DNA of 63,781 bases, filler included, from Elsinoe ampelina (lineage: Eukaryota): NCBI GenBank assembly GCA_010093995.1. It is 4 parts of 4 records of this genome, joined end to end, with 100 filler letters (N's around TTAATTAATTAA, not from the genome) between each part and the next. Parts side by side here need not be neighbours in the genome. Positions count along the whole stretch, not along the records: positions 1 to 18,185 come from ML992523.1; 3 more parts are not named here. One strand, 5' to 3'. Positions within the stretch are counted from its first letter, which is position 1; each line of letters opens with the position of its first letter. The notes below the pieces were generated by a model. That model made no database searches, was not told the origin of the DNA, and worked only from the letters and a program-made list of their open reading frames with translations. The position numbers and the translations under genes are program-made. This document shows, piece after piece, positions 1 to 12,738 of this stretch.

Positions 1-618
1 AACACTATAAGCAATTCTATTATTCTTATACTAGGTCTTGTTCCTAACCTTATAGATTACCTTAGTGCCTTTACTAGTATCTAAGGCTAGTTCTTTAGGC
101 TTTATAACTACTAGTATCTAGTCAATGTTATAAATTGTATATCTAAGTATATCCTTTTTAAGGAGGGCTACCTTAAAGGTTAATCTCTAAGTATTATAGT
201 TGCTTCCTCTCTTAAGAATCTAAGTCTCGAGCATTTTTGCTAATCTAGATATAATAATAGTAATTAGCTAAAGGCCTATTAATTTAATTAATATAATTAG
301 CTTATTTAAGCTGTTTAAACCGTTTAATTAAAGGGTTGATACGGGCTACTATAAGTGTTTGTCTTAATATAGCTAGTCTAGAATTCAGTGTAGGCGGCTT
401 AGTAATCCTTTTAATAATAACACGCTTAATTTGCTATAGCTTTAAGTGCTTTTATAGAAGCGCCGGGCTTATAACCTGTTATAACTAGCAAATTGGATCG
501 AGAGACGTGTGTTTTATTCAGAGAGTTACAATAACCGATTTATCTACTGTGCGTGCGCTGACTCATCAGTACCAGTTCTTCAGTACCAGAGAAGCTGTAC
601 CAGCCTTCCATTACAACA
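1..618 (-). mobile_element. 5' end of a RIP-degenerated Ty1/Copia LTR retrotransposon (continues beyond window start)
   Basis: Reverse complement of 14510-15127, with the compared ends collinear and differing by transitions. LTR at 477-618, followed on the minus strand by the PBS-like GGTTATAAGCCC. Interior is TpA-rich. Confidence 0.9.
477..618 (-). repeat. 142-bp LTR (5' LTR, copy 1)
   Basis: TGTT...AACA termini and an internal AATAAA. Six transition differences from 14510-14651; also matches 48335-48476. Confidence 0.92.
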
Positions 619-827
619 TGGGGCGTCGCCGCAAATGCCAAGACGCCGTTTTGCAGACACCGTCATTCGGCCGCAGCTTGATGACTGCAACTTCTCCCAG
701 CACCAATCCGTACACCGGTGTTTCTCACCCTCAAGCTACCCAGGGTTGGCCCAGTCTGTTTTGTGAAGGCTACACACAGGCCTGCTTGATGTGTTATCGA
801 GGACTTCTGTGAGCGCGTGACAAAGCA

Positions 828-1634
828 ATGGAGGATCCCCCTTTGGCTTCTCTATCGCTCACTCACGTTCACTATGTGAGCCCACTTTGCCTAGCCAAAA
901 TATCAAAAGCTGATTTCACGACCAGAACCCGAATGATCCGGTCTCGCTCCTTTGTGCGTGGCTCGCACTAGTACCTCAAGCGCTATGCATCACATATGCG
1001 ACACTCATTTGGAGCACAAGAGAAGCCGAAGTGTTGTTGATGTTTGCGGGACAAATGGGCTGTGAAGCTGTGAATTGGGTCTTGAAGAGGATTATCAAGG
1101 AAGAGAGACCGAGGCGTACGGCATTCCTCCGCGTGATATCTTGGATAAACACTGACATCTGCAGGTATGAATGGCAAAGGCTACGGGATGCCCTCATCAC
1201 ATGCTCAATTCGTATCCTTCTTCGCCGTCTCGTTAACCCTCTTCCTCCTCGTTCGGCACAATCCTCATGGGCCCAACTCGAGCACAACTCATGTTCCGAC
1301 CAAGCTATGGGAGCGCTTGCTGCTAGCTGTCATGGTCATCGCCGGCGCAGCATCTGTGGCACAAAGCAGGATCTACCTCAACTACCATACTCCACGGCAA
1401 GTCTTGGCGGGATGCATCGCGGGTACGACCATTGCGCTAGGCTGGTTTATGGCCACGAGTATTTTGAGGCAGTCAGGCTGGCTAGAGTGGATATTGGATC
1501 TCGAGCTGGTCAAGTTCTTCAGGATTAGAGATCTGGTTGTGAGCGAAGATCTAGTAGATGCAGGATGGGAGAGGTGGAAACTACGAAAACGGAAACGACA
1601 AGATGTGTCGCAGAGTGCGAAGAAGTCGAGATAG
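828..1634 (+). CDS. CWH8: Dolichyl pyrophosphate phosphatase (PAP2 family); exons 828-875, 926-1115, 1165-1634
   Basis: Spliced product MEDPPLASLSLTHVHY-NPNDPVS...; PAP2 motifs KRIIKEERP, GMPSSHAQ and SRIYLNYHT..Q; two canonical GT-AG introns keep the frame. Confidence 0.9.
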
Positions 1635-1856
1635 CGATAGCAGGATTGCAACGCTGAATACTTCATCTCTGCAGTGAAGGTTGCTATTCTATCCAGTGAT
1701 GTATTTGTACCCCTGGCCATACAGGAATTGCCCCTCCTCCACTGCGGGGCAGATCGGAACGCGTTTGGTGAGCGGAATCGCGCCGACCTCGAAAAATTTC
1801 CCAGAGTCACATCCCACCATTGAAGAAAGTACAGCAACGAGTTAATCACAATCAGC

Positions 1857-3472
1857 ATGTCTTCCGAATCGTATGATACTTTCCGGCACCCGCTGGAGCT
1901 GAGATATGCCAGTGCGTCTCATACAAGTTTGTGATCCAACTGTGATGGACTGTACCTAACATGGCACAGGCAATGAGATGAAAAAGTTATTCTCTCCAAA
2001 AGAGCGAGTGACAACATGGAGACGACTGTGGATCTGGCTTATTGAAGCCCAAAAAGAACTGGGACTTCCTGTCTCGGATGAGGCTATCAAGCAGATGAAA
2101 GACCATGAAATCGTTGCCGACGAGGAGTTCCCTGTAGCTGCTGAAGAAGAAGCCAGGCGGAGGTGAGCCCGAGCAATATCTCTTTCTGCGGCTTCGTCTC
2201 ATTTTCTTCAGGCACGATGTCATGGCTTGGGTTCACGCCTATGGTCTTGTCGCACCAGCAGCAGCGGGCCAGATCCACTGGGGTGCCACGAGTTGCTATG
2301 TCACCGATAACGCAGATCTCATTCTCATGAGGGATGCATTGGACATTGTAATCCAGAAGATGGCCAATGCCATTGACAAGCTGTCCGACTTCGCCAAGCA
2401 ATGGAAGGATCAGCCATGCTTGGGGTACACACATCTTCAGCCAGCCCAGCTTGTGACTGTCGGCAAGCGAGCCTGCGTCTGGATACAAGATCTCATGATG
2501 GATCTCCGAGCAATGCAGAGGGCGAGAGACGAGTTGCGCTTCCGCGGTGTCAAGGGCACCACTGGAACCCAAGCCTCATTCCTTCAGATCTTCGACAATG
2601 ATCACAACAAGGTCGAGGAGCTAGACGAGCTTGTCACAAAAAAGGCAGGCTTCGCTTCAGCATACCCGATCGCCACTCAGACATACAGCAGAAAAGTCGA
2701 TCTCGAGGTCGGTAGTGCGGTCTGCAGCTTTGGTGCCACTTGCCAAAGAATCAGTACCGACATCCGTCATCTGGCTGGCTGGAAGGAGATCGAAGAGCCA
2801 TTCGAGAAGGATCAAATAGGCAGTTCTGCTATGGCCTATAAGCGTAATCCCATGCGATCAGAGAGGTTGACATCACTTGGCCGCCGACTCGCGAATCTCC
2901 ACGCCGACTTCATCTCCACCTATGCCTCACAATGGATGGAGCGCACATTGGACGACTCCGCTGTCCGCAGAATTGACATCCCCGAGATGTTTCTCTGTGC
3001 TGATGCCTTGCTCATTCTCATGAACAACATCTTCGGTGGACTTGTAGTTTACCCCAAGCGCATTGAAAGCAGAATTCTAGAGGAGCTTCCATTTATGGCC
3101 ACGTGAGTACAGAGCTGGACACTAAAAGGACAACATCTGACCTCTTACAGCGAGAACATCATTATGGCTTTGGTGAAGAAGGGCGTCTCAAGACAAGACG
3201 CTCATGAAGAGATCCGTGTCTTGTCACACCAGGCCTCGGCCGCCGTCAAGCTTGAGGGCAAGCCGAACGATCTCATCGAGCGTATCCGAGTAACCAAGTT
3301 CTTTGAGCCCATTCATGCCGAGCTGGACAGCTTGCTCGACCCCAGCACTTTCATTGGTCGGGCACCACAACAAGTTGAGAAGTACCTTGGACCTGGCGGT
3401 GAGGTGGAGTCGGTGTTATCGAGATACAGAGGCAAAGGAGGATCAGCATCTTCAGATAGTTTGAAGATCTAG
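1857..3472 (+). CDS. ADE13: Adenylosuccinate lyase; exons 1857-1911, 1970-2162, 2212-3102, 3151-3472
   Basis: Fumarate-lyase signature [15 protein letters not shown], plus [21 protein letters not shown] and [10 protein letters not shown]; three GT-AG introns restore the frame. Confidence 0.96.
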
Positions 3473-3938
3473 AAGGGTCGGGACGGCTTCAGGGCGGTAG
3501 AATTTGTTTTTGTCAGTTGCTTTCCCGACCTACACCTACCTTGCAACACCACTGACGTCTTGCAGTAGGGCACGACAGCAGGACCGGACAGACAAAAAAG
3601 TCGCTGTATGCAGCATGATACAACATTATCCTACACTTTCAATCTCTTGGGTATACGCGATGCGCTTCTCAGGCTGGTATGGGGCCGAGGTGGTTCTTTT
3701 TTTTGTGAACTCTGCGCCTTACTTTTCGAGCCCGCGAATGAATTGCAGCCATGCACTGGAGGAGACTTCGTAACGCCAGCAAACTCATCAAATACTGAAG
3801 AATCGCACAATGGGTATAAGTCCTTTCAGTATTATCCATCCTCACTGTTTCATACACCACCAGTCTCTCTCTGCATTACTTCTGTACACCTGCCGACTAC
3901 ATCTACTGATCTACTGATCCACTGATCTCCCGCGCATC

Positions 3939-4562
3939 ATGCTACTAGTCCAACCAGATCCATACATGTTGGTGATCGGCGTTGCCGTAGCAGTCTTTAC
4001 CCCTTATACCTATTGCATCTTCAAGTACGGGCAATATGTCATCGACACCGCCCAGGAAATTTGGGCCGAGATATTCGACTTTCAGCTTGACGAGGAGCAT
4101 TATCCGTGGATGTTCAAAGACGAGGATGATAAGCCTGATCTAAATTCTGACCGAGCTTCGGACATGGTTGATTCTGGTTCCCACAACCAATCTGCCGCCA
4201 CCATGACTCCTAGCAAGGCCATCATAGAGTTGGAGGAGCCCAATGCCGATGACGAGAGCAGCGACACTTCAAGTCCGAAGAAGAACATCAAGCCGGACAC
4301 TAGCTGGGCAGCCGACGTCTATCCCCTTGCTGGTGGGGACGAGAGCCCGACTAGAGAGCTCAGGGTACGGTCCACTCTCAGGCGAACGACCATTGACCGC
4401 AATTCAACCAAGCAGGACCAATTGGAGCAAGAGAAGAGCGAGCACGACCCAACAACGAACAACGAGGACTATGAGAAGCTGTCCCACGGATCAGATCACG
4501 AATCCACAGACGAGGAGTGGGAAAAGTCATGGTGGACCAATAAGCCCTTGAGAAGGGTCTGA
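3939..4562 (+). CDS. Hypothetical protein, 207 aa (N-terminal hydrophobic segment, acidic low-complexity tail)
   Basis: Uninterrupted ATG-initiated ORF with coding-like composition; no family recognised. Confidence 0.5.
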   Translation: MLLVQPDPYMLVIGVAVAVFTPYTYCIFKYGQYVIDTAQEIWAEIFDFQLDEEHYPWMFKDEDDKPDLNSDRASDMVDSGSHNQSAATMTPSKAIIELEEPNADDESSDTSSPKKNIKPDTSWAADVYPLAGGDESPTRELRVRSTLRRTTIDRNSTKQDQLEQEKSEHDPTTNNEDYEKLSHGSDHESTDEEWEKSWWTNKPLRRV

Positions 4563-4777
4563 AAGTCACTTGAGGCGAACATCAACGGCACACCCATCAA
4601 TCTCTCAAAGCATCGGACAGCAGACAAGTCTCCCATGCCCTCACCTCATGAAACAAGTCACCAACGACCTCACGCAGCACATGTGCAGGTCAACAAAAGG
4701 TACATTCGACAACCTAGCCCCGCTCACTGGTCCTGTAATCCCAGCCTGCAATTCTCACGTCGGGGCAGTGAAGACAC

Positions 4778-5233
4778 CTACAACCCCATCTTCCCGGCAA
4801 CCTTCCCCTTCAGTCCCTGAAAAGCAAGCAGCTTCTCCACCCCGGCGGTCCCTTTCCCCTCGCGACCGGCCACCTGGTCTGCGCGCGTGGTGCTGACGCG
4901 GCTCTGGTCGCGCAGGAGCTGGTCGTCTTCCATCTTGTTTGGGTGGGAGGATTGGGATTGGCGGATGGTGGTTGGGGCGGGGTGGTCTGAGTCTGGTTTT
5001 TACTGTCAGCATGATGGAGACTATTGGCATGATGGAGGGGTGGAGGGAGGGGAGGGACGAGGAAGGGGGCCAGGGGCAGCGGATGGTTGGTGGCTTGACA
5101 TTGGCATCGACACGTGAAGGATGTGCTGATCCATGACCGCGGGAGAGAAGATGCTGGTGAAGTGGGGATCTGCCTTACCTGATTCTGAAGAGGCGTAGGC
5201 GGCGGCGGTTGGGTAGTCGGATGGAGAAGACAT
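4778..5233 (-). CDS. Small hydrophilic hypothetical protein, 89 aa; exons 5233-5179 and 4992-4778
   Basis: ACAACA-ATG context after a C/A-rich leader. G|GTAAGG donor at 5178, GCTGAC branch site and CAG acceptor at 4993. Splicing gives an open 270-nt frame MSSPSDYPT...KVAGKMGL*. Confidence 0.6.
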
Positions 5234-5801
5234 TGTTGTTTCTTGGACTGGTCTTTTGGATAATTTGTTGCTGTATTTGTTTGATGTTGTTCTTGATCGT
5301 AATCAACTGATGCTGCTTCAAGTGCGTTTGCTTCTTTGTGAGATGTACATTCCACACGGTGAAAGAGTCACAACTTATACCCAGCATTCGACATCCTACC
5401 TTGACAATTCGTGTCAACTTGAACCTCACACATTGTTGGGACGGTAGACCTGATCCGTGAGGAAGTTGTAGACCGGCGAGGTTCGAGGGAGGAATAGAAA
5501 AGTTATGCAATGGTTATGTCATTTGTACAGCCCTGCATGAGGCGGAACAGCCTCCCACACATTCCTGTGAGGCTGCCCATGATTTCGTCGCTGCGGTGCT
5601 TTCGATCTTCACGATGAGAATGGGATGAAACAATTCGAGTGATCGGAACGTATGTGTCTTGAGTCCATTCTCATCGCAAAGGCACAGAGTGGGTGAAGTG
5701 AAGCTGTGGAAAAGTTTCAAGCGTGTCCACACCTCCAGCACCAACATTAGCCATGAAAAAAACATGGTATCTTTTGCTCAATATCTGGTATCTGTACATG
5801 T

Positions 5802-8294
5802 CTAACTTCCAATCTCCTTCTTAACCCACTTCTCCAATCCGCCTCTTGCAATAATTTCCTGCACGTTCGGCGGCAGCTCACCCACGCTCTGCTCCCACTC
5901 CTCTCCCCCCTTCTCCTGCACCACGACCTTGCTCCGCCGGACATCCCAGGTGAACGTCCAGCCCGTCCGCCTCGTAAGCGCCTTCTCGTGCACTTTGACT
6001 TCAGCCGGCTTGGGGCTGTCAAGACTTTCGCTGTTGCCCTTTGGCTCTGTCACATCCTTCTGTCCACCTGCAGCCAGGTCGCTGCTAAATTCTTCTCTCA
6101 GCCTCTCCACCAACCTCGGTACCTCCACGCCCATCAGTGCATTGTTGATAGAGTTTCTGCTGAAAATGTTGCCAAAGCTTCCTGCCACGACCAGCTTGAT
6201 GCCTCTCGCCAGAATGGCAGTGGCGGCTTGTTCTCGACTGCTACCACATCCAAAGTTGAAGCCTGAGACGAGAATGTCGTTCTCCTTGACGCTTGATGCG
6301 AAGGCGGGGTCGTAGTTCTCCATGACTACCGTCGCCATCTTCTCGGGCGAAGATGAAAAGGCATCGTCGTAGGTGTACTTTCCAGGGTAGATGGCGTCGG
6401 TGTTTACATTATCAGCGTCGCAGAAGACAATCTCGCCCGTGACCTTTTCGGGGAAACCTGGAAGGATATCCGTCAATTTCTCTTCGCCTGACGATGTCGA
6501 TGCGCTCTCCGAAGAGGAGAGAGGAAGCGCTGTACTCGAGCCGCCAGAGCCAAGAGCCTCTTCGCCGGACTTGATCGCCGCTTCAGCATCACGGACAAGC
6601 TTGTCGAGCGCGTCCTCGATTGACATTGCCGTCTCCTTGACTGCATCACCACTGCCTTCTCCTCGTCGCACACCCCTCCAACCTTCCGGACTCGTGTACC
6701 AGCCCGGTCCAGCAATTTTACCTTGCAGAGCAGACGCGGCTACTACTTCCGGACTAGCCAAATACGCCTTTGCATCAGTGCTCCCCATCCGGCCTTTGAA
6801 ATTGCGGTTGGATGCACTAATGCCTACCTCGCCAGGTTCGAGCAAGCCAGTTCCGAGACCGATGCATGGGCCGCAACCACTGGGAAGTACTTGAGCGCCG
6901 GCATCGATCAAAGCTTGCCAGTCTCCTTGCTCTTCAGCTGCCTTCTGTTCAGGCAGGGACGCCGCGGCAATGTAAAATTTGACGTGCTCGGGGATTCTGG
7001 GTACCTTGCCGTCCACTGCGGCATCCTTGAAGACCTTTGCGGCAGCAGCGATATCGGACCGTCGTGAGTTGGTGCATGATACAAGGTAAGCTTTGTTGAC
7101 AGGGATGTTGGCGTTCTGCAAATCTGGGAGAGGGGTAGCGACTTTGACGCTGTTGGGCCCCGAAACATAGGGGCAGAGGGTATTCAGGTCCAGGAACAGC
7201 TCTTTGGCGTACTTGGCTCCCGGATCAGCAGTGAGAGTGCTTGCTTCCATCTCATCTAATCGGGCGTGGTTGAATCGATCTTTCGTCGCAGCAGCGGTAG
7301 CCGAGGAGGTGTTGCCGTATAGGGCTACTTCGGTAGCTTTGGATCGGAGCCAGGCTTTGAGCACAGAATCGATTGGGAAAAGTCCTGAAAGAGCGCCCCA
7401 CTCGGTAGTCATGTTGGCAATGGCTAGACGATCGTCAACGGACAGCGAGCGCATCGTGTGCTCGGCGCCGGTGAATTCGATGGCGTAGTTGAGGACCTCA
7501 TCATTATTGAAGAGCCCGGCGAGAGCAACGATGACATCCTTGCCAGTGACACCGAAAGGAAGGACGCCTGTCAGGTTGACCCTCGCGATGGGGGGAATCT
7601 GCCACCATGTGCGTCCCGTCGCCCAAATTGAGGCCGCATCTGTTCGTACCACGGGTGTTCCGAGACAGCCAATACCACCGTACATGTTGGAGTGGCTATC
7701 ACTGGCTACCGCGACTGTCCCTGGCCAGGCATAACCTTCTTCAACCATGATCTGATGTCCGATACCTCTTCCAGCTGGGTAGAAATCTACTCCCTGCTTT
7801 TTCGCAAAGTCTTCGATGTTACGGTATTTGTCCAGGTTCTTCTCCGTCTTGTTTTGAACATCATGATCCAAGGTCATCACTATCTGGTCGGGATCGTTGA
7901 CTTTTGTAGCTCCTATCGACATGAACTTTGTCGCGACCGGCCATGTGTTGTCGTGGGTCATGCAGTGGTGTGGGAGGAGGGTGACATAGTCTCCAGATTT
8001 GACGTACTTGCCCGGGGCCAGTCCATGACTATACTGCTGTACAATCTTCTCCGTGAGCGTCTGAGGTACTGGGGACGTCTTCTGGTTTGGAGATAGTATG
8101 CGTGCGGTGTCGGAGGACTCGAGTTGTGAGTGAAAGGCATCCTGTACATCTGCATTGAGTGATCGTGGTGTGACTGCAAAATATCTGATGCTGTTGTGAG
8201 GTCTCCGGATGAGTGTCTGAAGTCCAAGTCGCGAATAGCAGTTGATGGGTCGTAACCTTGAAGAGGTCCGAAGGGCATGAGTAGCGGCTCTCAT
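5802..8294 (-). CDS. LYS4: Homoaconitase, mitochondrial (alpha-aminoadipate lysine pathway)
   Basis: 830-aa ORF with an Arg-rich presequence and aconitase motifs [29 protein letters not shown] and [11 protein letters not shown]. Confidence 0.96.
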   Translation of the reverse strand: MRAATHALRTSSRLRPINCYSRLGLQTLIRRPHNSIRYFAVTPRSLNADVQDAFHSQLESSDTARILSPNQKTSPVPQTLTEKIVQQYSHGLAPGKYVKSGDYVTLLPHHCMTHDNTWPVATKFMSIGATKVNDPDQIVMTLDHDVQNKTEKNLDKYRNIEDFAKKQGVDFYPAGRGIGHQIMVEEGYAWPGTVAVASDSHSNMYGGIGCLGTPVVRTDAASIWATGRTWWQIPPIARVNLTGVLPFGVTGKDVIVALAGLFNNDEVLNYAIEFTGAEHTMRSLSVDDRLAIANMTTEWGALSGLFPIDSVLKAWLRSKATEVALYGNTSSATAAATKDRFNHARLDEMEASTLTADPGAKYAKELFLDLNTLCPYVSGPNSVKVATPLPDLQNANIPVNKAYLVSCTNSRRSDIAAAAKVFKDAAVDGKVPRIPEHVKFYIAAASLPEQKAAEEQGDWQALIDAGAQVLPSGCGPCIGLGTGLLEPGEVGISASNRNFKGRMGSTDAKAYLASPEVVAASALQGKIAGPGWYTSPEGWRGVRRGEGSGDAVKETAMSIEDALDKLVRDAEAAIKSGEEALGSGGSSTALPLSSSESASTSSGEEKLTDILPGFPEKVTGEIVFCDADNVNTDAIYPGKYTYDDAFSSSPEKMATVVMENYDPAFASSVKENDILVSGFNFGCGSSREQAATAILARGIKLVVAGSFGNIFSRNSINNALMGVEVPRLVERLREEFSSDLAAGGQKDVTEPKGNSESLDSPKPAEVKVHEKALTRRTGWTFTWDVRRSKVVVQEKGGEEWEQSVGELPPNVQEIIARGGLEKWVKKEIGS

Positions 8295-8927
8295 GGTGGT
8301 TGTAAGGCGAGAAAGCCCTGCGCAATTGCTGGCCGGGGAGCTTCACCTCATGCTAGTGAGCTACGCGTAGGTCTCCAAGATTAGCCCTCGAACAGCACTG
8401 GCGAAAAGGGGGTGTGGGAATGTGTATAGCCAGACGATGATGACCCCAGGAAATTTTACCTTTTTTGCTGCGAGCTTTAGGCGCGCTCTGATTGGCTCAT
8501 CTGCTATACCATGTTTAGACGCGACAAGCGACATGTGGTTGGTACATCTTGCTCAATCGGTTTGTTAGACAGCCCGTACAGGCCCTGTAGGCGTGTCATG
8601 TCGTGCAGATGAATCGGCAAGCAAAGATGTGGAAGCAATTCCTCTTTTGTGAGGCTGCATCTTGAGGCCGTGGCCATGAATGCAAGGAAAAAGCCGAAGA
8701 CGGAGCTCCACCGCCGACCCCGCATTGAATGTTTTCCGTGGGGGTGACGGGAATTGTCCATTCGACTGATAAATTTCCCCGAGTCCGTCCAACTGCATCC
8801 TCGAGTCACTTCCCAGCCATTGACAAAAACTCTTCTGGTAGACCTTGCTGCATTCTCAGTGTCGTCCCAATCGATTCAGTATACTCATTCATCGTTCACT
8901 CCGCACCCTTCCCTGGAGTAGTCCATC

Positions 8928-10293
8928 ATGCCATCACGAGAGGAAGTCGCTTACTTTGGTGCGGGACCTGCTCCACTCCCGACAGAGGTACTGGAGAATG
9001 CCTCAAAGGTTCTTCTCAACTACAACGACAGTGGCATCGGCATCACCGAGATCTCACACCGTAGCCCTGAGGCAAACGCCATCCTGGCCTCTGCCCAGAC
9101 CGCATTGCGTAACCTCCTCGACATCCCCAATGGCGACGGTCCAGATGGATACCAGATTCTATTCTTGCAAGGAGGAGGAAGCGGCGAGTTCAGCGCCAGT
9201 GTCTATCACATGGTCGGCATCTGGGTCGAGCGTCGACGCAAAGAGATTGTCAAGGAGCTTGGAGACGGTGCGTCTGACGAGGATGTCTTTGACAAGCTCA
9301 AGGTTGCCGTGGACAACGACATGAAGATCGACTACCTGGTCACTGGAAGCTGGAGCTTGAAGGCATCCCAGGAGGCGGCTAGGCTGGTAGGATCCGGTCC
9401 AGTCAACGTTGCTGTTGATGCTCGGAAGTCTCGGGGCGGGAAATTCGGCGTCATCCCCCCTGAATCAGAGTGGAAGTTGTCCCCGAAACCCGCCGACTCA
9501 GCCATGGTCTACTTTTGTGACAATGAGACTGTAGACGGGGTGGAATTTCCCGCCTTTCCGACCTGTTTGGCGGACGGATCCCGACCTGTTGTGGCGGACA
9601 TGTCTTCAAACTTCATCAGTCGAAAGGTAGATGTCAAGAAGTATTCTGCTATCTTCGGAGGCGCGCAAAAAAACATAGGCACAACAGGTATCACTATTGC
9701 CATTATCAAGAACACCTTGCTACCACCACATTCTGAGCTGGCAAAGCCAGATCTCCTTCGACGCCTTCAACTTCCTGTGGGACCTGTTGTCCTAGATTGG
9801 CCCACAATCGCCAAAAACAACAGTCTGTACAACACCTTGCCGATCTTCGACGTCTGGGTCGCCGGACAGGTCATGGAAGGGCTCGTGGCTAGACACGGTG
9901 GAGCTCAGCCTAAGATTCAGGGACAGCAGGACGAGTCGGACCAGAAAGCAAAGTCCCTGTATGGCGTTTTGGAGGCGTACCCACAGTTGTACCATGTGGT
10001 TCCGGACGCATCTGTCCGATCAAGGATGAATGTGTGCTTTCGGATTGGCGGAGATACCGACAGGGATGCCAAAGAGAAAGCTTTCCTCACGGGCGCTTCT
10101 GAATTGAAGCTGCTTGGTTGCAAAGGGCATCGTAGTGTGGGTGGTATAAGAATTAGTAACTGTAAGTCATCAATTCTGGATCTCTTCATCGCATTCTTGC
10201 TAATTGGCGATAGACAATGCGGTGTCTCCTCAGAAGATTGAGAAGTTGGTCGCCTACATTGACCGCTTTGGACGAGATTCGACAAAGCAATGA
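8928..10293 (+). CDS. SER1: Phosphoserine aminotransferase; exons 8928-10161, 10214-10293
   Basis: Motifs FGAGPA, EISHRS, GGGSGEF, NETVDGVEF, ADMSS, GAQKNIG (PLP lysine) and GHRSVGGIRIS; an intron at 10162-10213 restores the C-terminal YNAV. Confidence 0.96.
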
Positions 10294-12738
10294 TGCACGT
10301 GTATCACGGATCACATCCGATCAAAATTACGAGCTGCAGGGCGAGCACGATCCAATCTGTCATGCATGCAGGATTACTTGCCGTCGTTCCATAAACCTGT
10401 CAGCCCATGCACGACATATGTCGGCGTCGGCCATGGCGAGGGCACTCGTGCCTCTGCGGACGACCGAGCGCTGCCTTGGATCGCAGTAGACGCACCAAGT
10501 CGTTCGGGACCTGAGGAATTTGCGGACCGATGCATCTTGCCCATGTCGCATTTGCAGCACGGCAGGAAAGACAGCCTAGGCAATGATTGAGATGCAATAC
10601 ACGAAGTCAACGACCCTTGGATAATGACTTGACGCAGAAGATAACAGATAGTGTGTGTCAATGTTGAAGTCGGTGTCTATCAAGGGGTCTAGAAGTCCTG
10701 GTAGCCGGGTGCAGTGATCAAAGATGATTGGGCACCAAGAAGACAACCTCGGATTATTAACGGGGTAGCACACTGCTCGAGCTGCTCAAAAACTATGAAA
10801 ACGAAGGAGAAAGTCATCAGGGTGGGATGCCGTCCGTGCAGGATCCACACCGCTTGCACACTTGATGCACTAAAAACTTCCCCCCGGTCGCTCCATTCAA
10901 AAGGCAGACGCCATGTGCTACATCAATCTAAATTCAACATTACACATGCCCTGGACTTACGCATAGGGCCGTTCCCCCCGATCCGCACGCTCCGCGAGAC
11001 CTCATACAACCATGCTCGACATTCTGACTGGCGGAAGGCTATAGCCGCGCCTGAAGCGCCGCGCTTCAGTGCCCAACGCCGAAAACCGTGCATGTTCAAA
11101 GTACCTTTGTATAGTGACACAAACCCACGACGAGACGGACAGGTCGACTTGGGATTGCGAACGTGATGTAAATCGCTGGATAGAAAGGGAAAATGGTCGA
11201 AGCAGGCTGCTGGAATGTCATTGGTCGCTGGGAGGACCAGTGGGCATCCTCATGTACGTACTGCAACGCCAAATACGCCTCTAGAGGACTGCATGAATGC
11301 CGTGCAACCTTCAAGTTCTGGAGTCACTTTTGGTGACCCGCGGTGCAGACAGAAATGTCACGACACAATGCAGGCAGGTCGAACATGCCCTTTATTTCAG
11401 GACGCGTCGAGATATATCAGGTGTCGTCCTCCGCTCTCGTTGGACAACCATTCAAGCTGGCATTCTATCAACCACGCAATCAGAGCTGGGAAGAAGAGTT
11501 TCGATTCGTTTTTCCCCAGATGTGTCCTGCGGGACTAGACAAGCACGGAGAGGTGGCATGGAGGACTGGTAAGCTAAGACTGGTCCGTACCAGATTTATC
11601 AACTAGAGGGAAATCGGACTCCTCTGAACCATTCATTCTGATTGTGGATTGCACCGGAGTAAATAGATCATACACGAATGCATCGATGATGTGTTCTACG
11701 CTCGCTTGCTGAAGAAATTTACGGTATGGCGTCTTGGGGACGCATACCCAAGTCATTCTCCACTCCGCTCACTTCGTTTGTTGCGATTTTAATGTGCAAA
11801 GATCGATGTGGCACGGTTGGGAGACGGAACAGAGACAGCGATTTTGCCGTGTCGAGCGATACCCAGCAATCGTGACCTGTCATTGTTGAAGTCTATCTAT
11901 GGCAGCCCCCACGGACCAAGGAGAGGCCTGTAGGTATCTGCCGGCGTATGCAATGCGGTACATGATGCTCGAGCCATCTATAAACCTCCGCGGAGAGCCA
12001 GGATGGAAGCCTGCATCACTGTATCCTTATTCGTCGTAATCTTTGTCGTGACAATGGACACATTGTTCAGAGATCCTACATACGCTTGACCTGGTTGGTG
12101 GATCCCACCTGCAGCAGCTATCGTCAACAGACCTGATTGACAACAAACAGAGACGACCGTATCAAATAGCTTTGTCGAGTTTGAGGAAGCTGGTTTGGAA
12201 GTCTCTCGACCAGCTCTCTGCTCGCTGGATCCATCTCGACATCCAAGCGATACTACAACTTCCAGGCCATCATCTTAGTATGTCTCAAGCAGCCGGACCT
12301 TGTATTTCGCTCGAGCACTGACATGACGTTCCCAGCAATTTGGAATAGATCGATCTCAGTATCGCCCTGAGCACTTTTGTCTCATCGCCACGACCTACGA
12401 CGGCTATTGGTCCTCTTCCATTGTCCGAGGCGAAACATCGCTCGCCCCTGGTACGTTCTATCATCCCACCTCGAGGGCCAACAGAGACGATGGAAGATGT
12501 TCGGCATCGAGAGTGATCAGAGTTGGCTGACGGTAGGGATAAATAGTCGTCGAAGAACGGACATTCAACCTTTACAACAATCAGTCAACGCGCTCGCTGG
12601 AGTACATTTCGCAAACATACCTGTGACAGTGCTTGACAACAAACAAAGGCAATCTTCGTGTCGCCAACGCCTACCACGTTATCGGGCAAGGCATGTGACA
12701 GTGGTGTAACCTGCTGTTCACGCAACTGACCTTGGCAG

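Noticed and set aside
507..812. ORFs 507-812 and 509-766
   Set aside because: They begin inside the LTR at non-ATG codons and show no recognisable homology.
5929..8346. ORFs antisense to or overlapping LYS4, and similar shadows of ADE13, the transporters and the P450
   Set aside because: Shadow frames of real GC-rich genes.
828..10293. CWH8-ADE13-LYS4-SER1 as a single-pathway biosynthetic cluster
   Set aside because: They belong to four unrelated primary pathways; only possible shared regulation was kept as a finding.
10300..11950. Many short ORFs between SER1 and the Myb-like gene (likewise 54951-55800 and 58818-59728)
   Set aside because: Mostly non-ATG starts, no recognisable motifs and no convincing splice models.
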